Shown one piece after another: positions 1 through 8,038 of a DNA stretch of 32,891 bases; the first letter of the stretch is position 1, and each line of letters starts with the position of its first letter. The stretch is taken from the NCBI GenBank assembly GCA_022844575.1, contig JALHLL010000005.1, forward strand, positions 1 to 32,891, read 5' to 3'. Position numbers and translations under genes: made by a program. The DNA is from a bacterium (GTDB taxonomy: Bacteria > Bacteroidota > Ignavibacteria > Kapaibacteriales > UBA961). The notes beneath the pieces were generated by a model, which ran no database searches, was not told the DNA's origin, and worked only from the letters and a program-made list of their open reading frames with translations.

Positions 1-92
1 GTGTATGTATACTATACCTGTTTCTTTTTTAAAGAATATCAACGTTAACACAATTATACTTGGTTTTCTTTCTCAAAATTATCAATTTTTAG

Positions 93-443
93 AACGCCCC
101 ATATGTAAATGCTGCATCACTAATGCAAATTCTTATTAATCTTATTGCCAATGCTGTTAAATACAATGATAAAGAAATTGCAATAATCGAAATAGGGTTT
201 TCAGAACAAGATAAACATTACGAGTTTTATGTAGCGGATAATGGGCCGGGAATAGACCCCGAACACCACGAAAAGATATTTGAGATTTTTACTATAAATG
301 CGAGTGCAGATAGATATGGACAAAAAGGCAATGGGATAGGTTTGGCAACGGTAAGAAAAATGATAGATAAACAAGGCGGTACAATTACAATAGACTCCTC
401 ACTGGGTTCCGGTGCTAAGTTTATATTTTCATTAAGGAAATAA
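93..443 (+). pseudogene. 5'-truncated sensor histidine kinase remnant (HATPase_c domain only)
   Basis: N box QILINLIANAVKY, G1 box VADNGPGI, F box KIFEIF, G2 box GNGIGLATV, and G-x-GAKFIF end. The frame is closed upstream by TAG at 90-92, so no HisKA or sensor domain is encoded; ATG 123 lies inside the N-box helix. Confidence 0.75.
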
Positions 444-475
444 AGGTATTCTTTGATAAGAACAGAATACAAAAG

Positions 476-512
476 AAAACGCCATGATAAACAAATCTTA
501 TCATGGCGTTTT
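476..512. terminator. Perfect 15-bp inverted repeat, probably a bidirectional intrinsic terminator between the convergent kinase remnant and the tRNA
   Basis: AAAACGCCATGATAA (476-490), loop ACAAATC, TTATCATGGCGTTTT (498-512); starts 5 nt past the tRNA 3' end. Confidence 0.8.
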
Positions 513-517
513 ATATG

Positions 518-591
518 TACCGAGGGACGGACTTGAACCGCCGACACACGGATTATGATTCCGTTGCTCTAACCACCTGAGCTACCCCGGC
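518..591 (-). tRNA. tRNA-Met (CAT), probably elongator
   Basis: Reverse complement GCCGGGGTAGCTCAGGTGGTTAGAGCAACGGAATCATAATCCGTGTGTCGGCGGTTCAAGTCCGTCCCTCGGTA. Acceptor GCCGGGG/CCTCGGT, D arm TAGCTCAG..GGTTAGAGC, anticodon stem ACGGA/TCCGT with loop ATCATAA, T loop GTTCAAGTC. CCA not encoded. Lacks the initiator C1:A72 mismatch and GGG/CCC anticodon stem. Confidence 0.95.
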
Positions 592-606
592 GTACCTTTG
601 TAGAAT

Positions 607-621
607 CACAAAATTACGAAA
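607..621 (-). promoter_or_regulatory. Bacteroidota-type housekeeping promoter -7 element (TAATTTTG) for the tRNA
   Basis: Minus strand TTTCGTAATTTTGTG; the core TAnnTTTG (609-616) ends about 17 nt before the tRNA 5' end. The identical 15-mer lies upstream of etfB. Confidence 0.65.
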
Positions 622-636
622 TTTCTGTAAATAATA

Positions 637-1221
637 CTACTCTTCATCAAGTCTTTCAATCTCATCCCGAATTTGGGCTGCCTTTTCATACTCTTCTTGG
701 TCTATTGCTCTTTGTAGGTATTCTTCGAGAATTTCACGACGTGTACGTATTCTGTTCTTTTCCGTAGTTGATTCATCTTTTTCTTTTGTTTTTGCTTCTT
801 CGATTCCCGCTTCCAATTCTTCGGGTGTAAAGCCCGCTTCATCAAGAAGGTGATCCGCTATATAAATAGGTGCATTAAATCTCAAAGCAATAGCTATAGC
901 ATCGCTCGGTCGGCTATCTAATTCCGCGTCGTTTCGGTCAAGTTGAATAATTGCATAAAAGGTCTGGTCACTCAAATCATGTATAAAAACGCTCATTACG
1001 GAGGCATCCAATGCCTCGATGGCATTTTTTAACAAATCATGAGTCATTGGTCTCGGTCTCGGCGTACCTTCCAGTTCATTACTGATTGCCATTGCTTCGG
1101 GTGTACCGATAACGATAGGCAAACGACGTTCCCCCTCCATTTCCTTTAGCACAAGGGCATAAGTTCCTTGACTTGCCGGATTCTGTGATAAACCCAATAC
1201 TTCTAATTGAACTTTTTCCAT
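637..1221 (-). CDS. Bifunctional nuclease family protein (DUF151) with C-terminal UVR (UvrB/UvrC) motif
   Basis: Motifs RRLPIVIGTPEAMAI, PRPMTHDLL, LDSRPSDAIAIALR; C-terminus LQRAIDQEEYEKAAQIRDEI. Confidence 0.93.
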   Translation of the reverse strand: MEKVQLEVLGLSQNPASQGTYALVLKEMEGERRLPIVIGTPEAMAISNELEGTPRPRPMTHDLLKNAIEALDASVMSVFIHDLSDQTFYAIIQLDRNDAELDSRPSDAIAIALRFNAPIYIADHLLDEAGFTPEELEAGIEEAKTKEKDESTTEKNRIRTRREILEEYLQRAIDQEEYEKAAQIRDEIERLDEE

Positions 1222-1257
1222 ACTCTCAATATCATATAATGTGGCGAATTATACTTG

Positions 1258-1265
1258 CAAAGATA
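1258..1265 (-). promoter_or_regulatory. Promoter -7 element TATCTTTG upstream of the DUF151 gene
   Basis: Exact TAnnTTTG match about 36 nt upstream of ATG 1221, in the etfA-DUF151 gap. Confidence 0.5.
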
Positions 1266-1286
1266 TGTTGCCGAGAAATAATAGGA

Positions 1287-2243
1287 TTATTTACCCGTAA
1301 CCACGCTGATTTTTTCTGCCAATTTGGGTAATACGTCAAATACATCACCAACAATACCATAATCGGCAACTTTGAAAATAGGTGCTTCTTTATCTTTGTT
1401 CACTGCCACAATTACTTTCGATGACGACATTCCGGCAAGATGTTGAACTGCTCCGCTTATTCCGCATGCCACATACATATTTGGGGATACGGTTTTTCCG
1501 GTTTGTCCGACTTGCTCACCGTGAGGTCTCCAACCGGCATCCACTACTGCACGCGAAGCACCGACAGCAGCACCTAATTTTACTGCAAGGTTTTCGACAA
1601 GATGAAAATTCTCAGGTCCTTTAAGTCCGCGTCCGCCCGAAACAATAATATCTGCTTCAAGTACATCCAATTTGCCTTCATTACGAACGATATTTTTTAC
1701 TTTCACACGCGTATCATTTGCTGTTAATTGCGGCGTGAATGTCCGTACAGTAACGGTTGTCGGTGTTTCGGCTTTTCTTGCTGTAAAAACATTCGGACGC
1801 AAAGCATATACTGCTGTCTGTGTTGTAACACTTACGGTTATTTTTGCTTTTCCTGCATAAACCGGACGCGATGCTTCCAAATTTCCGCTTTGTACCGATA
1901 GTGATACACAATCGGCTATATAACCTGCACCGAGTTTTACGGCTACGCGAGGCGCCATTTCTTTTCCGGCTGCATTTGCGGCTACAATAACTGTATCAGC
2001 ACCTTCGCTTTTAACAAATTGTGCCAATGACGTTGCTGCCGCTGTTGATGAATACTCTGATGAAGGTGTATGAGCTATATCGTTTATACCGTATTCACCG
2101 GCTATATTGGCAGAACTTGCCTCACCCCCATACATATAACCGATAATGGTGCTTGCGCCAAGATTACGGGCAGCGGTCACACATTCAAGTGATGAACGTT
2201 TGATTCCATTAGCTGACGGCTCTAATAATACTATAATTTTCAT
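1287..2243 (-). CDS. etfA: Electron transfer flavoprotein alpha subunit
   Basis: ADIIVSGGRGL, AVGASRAVVDAGW, QVGQTGKTVSP, GISGAVQHLAGM, VAVNKDKEAPIFKVADYGIVGD. Confidence 0.98.
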   Translation of the reverse strand: MKIIVLLEPSANGIKRSSLECVTAARNLGASTIIGYMYGGEASSANIAGEYGINDIAHTPSSEYSSTAAATSLAQFVKSEGADTVIVAANAAGKEMAPRVAVKLGAGYIADCVSLSVQSGNLEASRPVYAGKAKITVSVTTQTAVYALRPNVFTARKAETPTTVTVRTFTPQLTANDTRVKVKNIVRNEGKLDVLEADIIVSGGRGLKGPENFHLVENLAVKLGAAVGASRAVVDAGWRPHGEQVGQTGKTVSPNMYVACGISGAVQHLAGMSSSKVIVAVNKDKEAPIFKVADYGIVGDVFDVLPKLAEKISVVTGK

Positions 2244-2279
2244 ATATATAACGTTTACAGTTGTTTGTGTTTAAAAAAA

Positions 2280-3026
2280 TTATATAACCTTAGCGTCTTC
2301 ATGAAGCAGACGAACCAATTCGCTGATATCATTTTCTCCGTCACCTAATATAATGCCGCGCCTTTGTGTTTGCGGTAATTCCATTCCCTTTGTAATAACT
2401 CGAGCTTCCGATACAGAAGCAGTTGTCGTATCAATAGGTTTGGACTTCGCTTTCATAATATCGGGCAATTTCGGGTAACGGGGGTTATTGAGTCCTTTTT
2501 GTGCCGAAATTACGCAGGGTAATGCCGCCTCCAAAACCTCTTTACCACCTTCAATATCGCGCTCGGCGGTAATATTCGTTCCTTCTATTGACCATGACGA
2601 TACCATTGAAATGGAGGGTATATCCAATAATTCGCCAACCATAGAAGCCATCGCGAATGAATCATAATCAATACTTTGGCGACCGAGAATGACAATATCG
2701 GGATTAAGAGTACGAGCGTAATCGGCAATCGCTGACGCTATGCCGAACGTGTCAGCCGTACCGTTTTCGGAAACTAATACCGCTTTGTCGGCACCCATTG
2801 CAAGTGCGGTTCTTAAAATGTCCTTCGCAGAATCATTTCCTACAGTCAAAGCCGTTACTGAACCGCCGAATTTTTCCTTTAACTGCAACCCTTCTTCTAT
2901 TGCGTATTCGTCGTATGGATTAAGTATAAACTTTACACCGTTTTTTTCAATGGTTTTACCATCGGCACTAACGGCTACCTTAGTTGTTGTATCCGGTACT
3001 TGCGAAACGCATACCAAAATATTCAT
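2280..3026 (-). CDS. etfB: Electron transfer flavoprotein beta subunit
   Basis: MNILVCVSQVPDT, LNPYDEYAIEEGLQLKE, ALAMGADKA, GRQSID, NNPRYPKLPDIMKAK; directly upstream of etfA. Confidence 0.98.
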   Translation of the reverse strand: MNILVCVSQVPDTTTKVAVSADGKTIEKNGVKFILNPYDEYAIEEGLQLKEKFGGSVTALTVGNDSAKDILRTALAMGADKAVLVSENGTADTFGIASAIADYARTLNPDIVILGRQSIDYDSFAMASMVGELLDIPSISMVSSWSIEGTNITAERDIEGGKEVLEAALPCVISAQKGLNNPRYPKLPDIMKAKSKPIDTTTASVSEARVITKGMELPQTQRRGIILGDGENDISELVRLLHEDAKVI

Positions 3027-3055
3027 GAAATTCTCCGTAGTGGATAAATGTAAGC

Positions 3056-3070
3056 CACAAAATTACGAAA
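3056..3070 (-). promoter_or_regulatory. Promoter -7 element (TAATTTTG) for etfBA
   Basis: TTTCGTAATTTTGTG on the minus strand, about 30 nt upstream of ATG 3026; identical to 607-621. Confidence 0.65.
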
Positions 3071-3387
3071 GCCGATAAAAAGCGACGGCAGACATTATTC
3101 ACATTGTGTTAAAATGAGGCAAGAAACTACAAAGGAAAAGGATTTTGAGCAGGGAAAAGGGCTAAATTTTAAACTTTCTTCATTCTGATTTTATAAAATT
3201 TGTATTGGTTACTCATTTTACTGTAGTTATTTTCGCCTTAATAATGCAGCAAAACGAAACAGCTTCTTGCAGCGATGCGGTTTCGACTTCACTCAACTTT
3301 CAATATAGTCTATCGGATCCGTTTAATCCTTGTGGAACGATTTTTGCGCGGCAAAAACTGGTAAAAATTCACGTAAGGAGCAGTTGA

Positions 3388-6372
3388 ATGTCGGATCCGC
3401 TTGTACTAGTGCGTAGAGGTAATTCCATGCCCTCACAACAACAAATCGGTCAGTCGAATAATGATAATATAATTGTCAGGAAGTTTGGCACCGGTATGCA
3501 GCCCGGCTTGTCATATACGAATGGCGAAGCACCTTCCGTTTTGCCAATGGAAGAAGTGCCTCAAGTTCCGAAGTCAAAGGCAAAGAAGGGTAATGCGAAA
3601 AAAGCACAGATGTCCATTCCATTTGAAGAACCCATAAGGGATATGTCGCGTCAATGGAAATTATTTGCCGTTTTTTCGATGCTTTTCGCATTTTTACTTA
3701 CTATTGCCTTACTTACGTACTCGCAGTCCGATGCCGCAAATGCAGAACTGAATATGCGAGATGTTTCAGGCATAATGCGTGGTGACGATGAAATGCGTGC
3801 TCGTGCAGATACAACACAAAATTGGCTTGGTTTATTCGGTGCGGTTATCTCTAATTTTCTTTATAACCATACTTTCGGTATTTCAACACTTATGTTGCCT
3901 ATCCTGATTGTATGGTGGGCAAAAAATTTGTTTATAACTCAGTCCATCCCTAAGCCCGTAATGAAAAAAACGGCAATGACAATTAGTTTGGGTATTTGTG
4001 CTGCCGGAATTTTCGGCGTATTTCAGTTAACTACATGGTTACCAACCTTCTCACCAGAGTGGAGTGGGGCTATAGGGCAATTTATGGCTTCGGTGCTTTC
4101 CGATTTTATCGGTAAAATCGGTGCTTTCCTTTTCTTGAGCGTCGGTTTCGTTGCAATACTTTTTGTAGGTGCGGAACTTGATATTGATAAGGCATTAGTT
4201 TGGTTGGCTCAATCCGGCACATATGTAAAAGGACTTTTTGAACGCACTCACAATGATGAGACAATCGAATCAAATGACGATGAGATACAAGTACAGGCAA
4301 ATGTTACACAAAATAACAGTCGCAGTTCGCAAAATGTTCCCTTAGTGATAGATGAAGACGAACCTGCTCAAATTATGCGTCGTGCCGCACGTAGTGCTCC
4401 ACCAGCCGAAAAAACAAATACAGCATCATCACCTAAACGACCGATTATCAGTGATCCGATTATAAAAAGACCTCAGGAGAATACCGGAATCCCGAATATC
4501 AGTATCCCGCATGATCGTGTTATCAATAAAGATGACGTTGCTCGCGAACATACTATTGGTGTGAAACCGATGACAAATCATAACGATTTGCCTCCCCAAC
4601 GTTATCCGACTCCACCGAAAACAGAAAAAAACGATATACCGCGATTAGATGCGGATGAGTTTGCTGTTGATACGAATACCGGTGAAATAACAGCCGAAGG
4701 AAGTGAACAGCTTGTACAAAACAATCTGTTTATCAACGAAAATAATTTTGGTGAAGAACAGATTACGCAGAGCATAGAAGCAGAGCATAATTCTGACAAA
4801 CCTTCACTTATTGTAACGGTGCAGGATAGCCCTATAATGAAAGTAGAAGAAACGGTCGAACCTATTATTGAAGACTTTGACAAGGAGTTGGATTATATTC
4901 CACCCGGTTTAGACTTACTTGCCGACCCTCCCAAAGAAAATAATGAAGTAGATGAAGCAGAACTTGCAATGAATGCACGTTTATTACAAGAAAAACTCGG
5001 TACATTCAAGATAACTATTGAAAACCTTGAAGTAACGCCCGGTCCGGTTGTCACTCAGTATGAATTTGTACCGGCGGCAGGGATTAAGATTTCGCAGATT
5101 GAAAGTCTTTCCGATGACATGGCTTTGGCATTAAAGGCACGTGGTATTAGGATTATTGCACCAATACCGGGCAAGGGTACGGTGGGTATTGAAATTCCAA
5201 ATCATAATCCGACAACAATATATTTTCGAAGTATTATCAATAATCCTCGTTTTAATGATAGTGAACACCGTTTGCCTTTAGCACTCGGTAAAACAATAAG
5301 CGGTGAAGTATATATTGCTGACTTAGCTAAAATGCCGCACTTACTCATTGCCGGAGCTACCGGAGCAGGAAAAAGTGTTGGCGTAAATACAATGATTGCT
5401 TCATTGTTGTATAAAATGCACCCGAAAAATCTAAAGTTGGTATTTATTGATCCAAAGAAAGTAGAAATGTCTTTTTATAGTGCATTGGAAAAACATTTTC
5501 TTGCTTTATGCCCTGATGTAGATGAAAGGATTATTACTAACCCTGCTAATGCGGTGATAATGCTTAAATCGCTTGTTGCCGAGATGGAAAGACGTTATGA
5601 TATTCTTGCCTCGGTCGGACAAAGAAATATAGTGGATTATAATAAGAAAGTAGAAGAAGGAAAATATAAAGACACAACAAAACATGTGCATCGTCAAATG
5701 CCGTATATCGTTGTTGTAATAGATGAGTTAGCAGATTTGATGATGACGGCGGCAAAAGAAGTGGAAGAGCCGATTGCTCGCTTGGCGCAGTTAGCAAGAG
5801 CCATAGGAATACACTTAATCGTAGCTACACAAAGACCAAGTGTTAATGTTATTACCGGCTATATAAAAGCAAATTTTCCGGCTCGTGTGGCATATCAGGT
5901 TGCATCGAAAATAGATTCGAGAACTATTCTTGATATGAATGGTGCCGATCAGCTTTTAGGGAATGGTGATATGCTCTTTTTACCGGGTGGGTCGCCAAAG
6001 CCGATACGATTGCAAAACTCTTTTTTAAGCACGGATGAAGTTGAAGCCATATGTGGATTTATAGGTGAACAGGAGGGGTATTCACAGCCATATATGTTGC
6101 CAAGTGTCATAGGAAAAAATGCGGATAATGATCCGTCGGGCTTGGATTTCGGTGGCAGTCGCGATGCCCTTTTTGCCGATGCGGCATCTATTGTGGTAAC
6201 CCACCAACAAGGTTCTGTTTCACTTTTACAGAGAAGATTGAAGGTAGGATATGCAAGAGCGGCACGTATTATGGATGAATTGGAAGCGTCGGGTATAGTC
6301 GGTCCCTTCGACGGTTCAAAAGCACGCGCCGTTATGGTCGAATCATTAGCCGATTTGGAAGCATATTTATAA
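3388..6372 (+). CDS. ftsK: DNA translocase FtsK
   Basis: N-terminal multi-TM domain (NWLGLFGAVIS), long Pro/acidic linker, GPVVTQYE, RIIAPIPGKGTVGIEIPN, Walker A MPHLLIAGATGAGKS, Walker B YIVVVIDELADLMM, ATQRPSV, gamma domain SVSLLQRRLKVGYARAARIMDELE; AAGGAG at 3375-3380. Confidence 0.98.
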   Translation: MSDPLVLVRRGNSMPSQQQIGQSNNDNIIVRKFGTGMQPGLSYTNGEAPSVLPMEEVPQVPKSKAKKGNAKKAQMSIPFEEPIRDMSRQWKLFAVFSMLFAFLLTIALLTYSQSDAANAELNMRDVSGIMRGDDEMRARADTTQNWLGLFGAVISNFLYNHTFGISTLMLPILIVWWAKNLFITQSIPKPVMKKTAMTISLGICAAGIFGVFQLTTWLPTFSPEWSGAIGQFMASVLSDFIGKIGAFLFLSVGFVAILFVGAELDIDKALVWLAQSGTYVKGLFERTHNDETIESNDDEIQVQANVTQNNSRSSQNVPLVIDEDEPAQIMRRAARSAPPAEKTNTASSPKRPIISDPIIKRPQENTGIPNISIPHDRVINKDDVAREHTIGVKPMTNHNDLPPQRYPTPPKTEKNDIPRLDADEFAVDTNTGEITAEGSEQLVQNNLFINENNFGEEQITQSIEAEHNSDKPSLIVTVQDSPIMKVEETVEPIIEDFDKELDYIPPGLDLLADPPKENNEVDEAELAMNARLLQEKLGTFKITIENLEVTPGPVVTQYEFVPAAGIKISQIESLSDDMALALKARGIRIIAPIPGKGTVGIEIPNHNPTTIYFRSIINNPRFNDSEHRLPLALGKTISGEVYIADLAKMPHLLIAGATGAGKSVGVNTMIASLLYKMHPKNLKLVFIDPKKVEMSFYSALEKHFLALCPDVDERIITNPANAVIMLKSLVAEMERRYDILASVGQRNIVDYNKKVEEGKYKDTTKHVHRQMPYIVVVIDELADLMMTAAKEVEEPIARLAQLARAIGIHLIVATQRPSVNVITGYIKANFPARVAYQVASKIDSRTILDMNGADQLLGNGDMLFLPGGSPKPIRLQNSFLSTDEVEAICGFIGEQEGYSQPYMLPSVIGKNADNDPSGLDFGGSRDALFADAASIVVTHQQGSVSLLQRRLKVGYARAARIMDELEASGIVGPFDGSKARAVMVESLADLEAYL

Positions 6373-6389
6373 AGTGAAATTTTGACTGT

Positions 6390-6425
6390 AAGGGTTGTGT
6401 GAGTAAATTCGCACAACCTTTTTTT
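6390..6425 (+). terminator. Intrinsic terminator after ftsK
   Basis: GGTTGTGTGA, loop GTAAAT, TCGCACAACC (10-bp stem, one G-U pair), followed by T7. Confidence 0.75.
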
Positions 6426-6434
6426 ATATGGTAT

Positions 6435-7082
6435 ATGAAAAAAATAAATGGTACAATAACGTCAATTTCTGTACAAAAGAAAACACAATCCCGTTGCTCC
6501 ATATTTGTGGATAATGAATTTTATCTGGGTTGTTCCATTGATATTATTGCCAAATACAATATTAAAAAAGGAATGATTCTTTCAGAAGAAATTGCCTATA
6601 TTTTAATAAAGGAAAATAGAAATCATGAAGTGAAACGGAAGGCGTTAAGTTATGCGACCTATAAACCCAGAACAATAGGACAAGTTTATAAAGCAATGAA
6701 GGATAAGGATTTTTCGGAAGATGAAATAAAATATGCCGTAGATTTTCTTACGGAGTTCGATTATGTGGATGATAGGAAATATGCGAGAACTTTTGTTCGA
6801 GAATTCAGCGAAAGAAAAAAAATGGGGGTGTCAAGATTAAGAATCGAATTGACGAAAAGATTTATTTCGCGCGAAATTATTGATAGTGTTTTGCATGAAT
6901 TTAAAAATTTATCCGATACGAAACAATTATGCTTCGAAGCAATGGAAAAGAAATTACGCTCATTACAATCAAAAACACCGGAAAAAAGGAAATCGGCACT
7001 TATTGCTTATTTGCAAAGGCAGGGTTTTACTTGGCAGGAAATAAAAGAATGTATCAACACTACTGTAGAACAATTAGTTTAA
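6435..7082 (+). CDS. recX: Regulatory protein RecX with N-terminal extension
   Basis: ITSISVQKK..RCSIFVDNEF N-terminus, ALSYATYKPRT, YVDDRKYARTFV, G-x-SRLRIELTKRFI, LIAYLQRQGFTWQEI. Start moved from GTG 6399 (inside the terminator stem) to ATG 6435. Confidence 0.9.
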   Translation: MKKINGTITSISVQKKTQSRCSIFVDNEFYLGCSIDIIAKYNIKKGMILSEEIAYILIKENRNHEVKRKALSYATYKPRTIGQVYKAMKDKDFSEDEIKYAVDFLTEFDYVDDRKYARTFVREFSERKKMGVSRLRIELTKRFISREIIDSVLHEFKNLSDTKQLCFEAMEKKLRSLQSKTPEKRKSALIAYLQRQGFTWQEIKECINTTVEQLV

Positions 7083-7117
7083 TACATTACCCTTTAAACT
7101 GAATAGTGGGAAATCGG

Positions 7118-7798
7118 CTATTTTGATTTCGATCTACCACCAATCGTTGCAATAAGATTAACGGTTACGAAAGATTTGTTCTGTTCATTAACTTCTCTAC
7201 CGATGAAGTTAATAAGATTATATCGTACTTCCAATCCGGCGGCGATCAATCCGACATCTATATCAAGTCCCGCCCCTCCGCTGAATCCGACCCTATTATT
7301 AGCGGGGTCTTTATCTATGGGGAACTGTGGTGCATTATTCGTTTTTATTTCAGTTGTATTTGTCAAATAATTGTATGTTAATCCCCCTAAAACATATAAG
7401 CCCAATGTACTGCGAGTCAGATAAAACGTACATCCTGCTTCAATCGGAACGACATTTTGAACGGTAGAAAGACGTAAAAGCAATGTATCGGTGTTCGGTT
7501 TGAAAATGTTTACATCCGTTTCGGGAAAACGATGGATAGAAGCTGAACCATAAAAAAATAAGTTGCCCTCAAGATTTATACCGAGTCGAACTCCGAAATT
7601 ATATCCTAAACGAGTAGCATCACGATACAGTTGACCTGTAACATCTTGTTTAGTTAATAGTGAAGTATTATACACATCGTTCACATGTTCACTTGGGGTA
7701 GAAAGTCCGGTAAAAATGGAAAAGATAACTTGTGCCTGTGATACATTCGAGAGAAGTATAAAGCAGAGAGGTAATACAAAACTTAACCGTTTATACAT
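7118..7798 (-). CDS. Small outer-membrane beta-barrel protein (OmpA/OmpW-like 8-strand class)
   Basis: Signal peptide ending SQA-Q, amphipathic strands (LGYNFGVRLGI, VVPIEAGCTFYL, LYVLGGLTYNYL, VGFSGGAGLDI, AGLEVRYNL). Start ATG 7798 or 7819. Confidence 0.75.
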   Translation of the reverse strand: MYKRLSFVLPLCFILLSNVSQAQVIFSIFTGLSTPSEHVNDVYNTSLLTKQDVTGQLYRDATRLGYNFGVRLGINLEGNLFFYGSASIHRFPETDVNIFKPNTDTLLLRLSTVQNVVPIEAGCTFYLTRSTLGLYVLGGLTYNYLTNTTEIKTNNAPQFPIDKDPANNRVGFSGGAGLDIDVGLIAAGLEVRYNLINFIGREVNEQNKSFVTVNLIATIGGRSKSK

Positions 7799-8038
7799 AT
7801 AAAGTACCTTTTTCAACATTCGTACAATGATAACTATGACACTTACAATTACGTTTGGGTTTGACGCACCATAAAGTCAAATGTTGCGTACCAAACAAAA
7901 CACTTAAAATGTTGTTAAAGTAACTTTTCTTATACAAGACTATCTTCTTTATTCGTCAGAGTACAATTAAGCGTGATGAATTTCGTAATTTTCGGGAATG
8001 CAGCATTGTCAAACTTTTCCGCACACTTTATTAACTTC

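Noticed and set aside
227-547. 106-aa minus-strand ORF
   Set aside because: Antisense shadow of the kinase remnant that starts inside the tRNA and crosses the terminator.
518-591. Initiator tRNA-fMet or tRNA-Ile2 identity
   Set aside because: No C1:A72 mismatch or three G-C anticodon-stem pairs, so not initiator. Ile2 is less likely given G4-C69 but cannot be fully excluded without tRNAscan-SE 2 isotype models.
3385-3390. Selenocysteine or TGA read-through extending FtsK
   Set aside because: A good SD (AAGGAG) precedes ATG 3388, the upstream peptide has no FtsK-like or redox motif, and TGA serves as a normal stop elsewhere in the window.
4200-4890. Long FtsK linker as an inserted domain or intein
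   Set aside because: Variable low-complexity linkers are normal for FtsK; no intein splicing or LAGLIDADG motifs.
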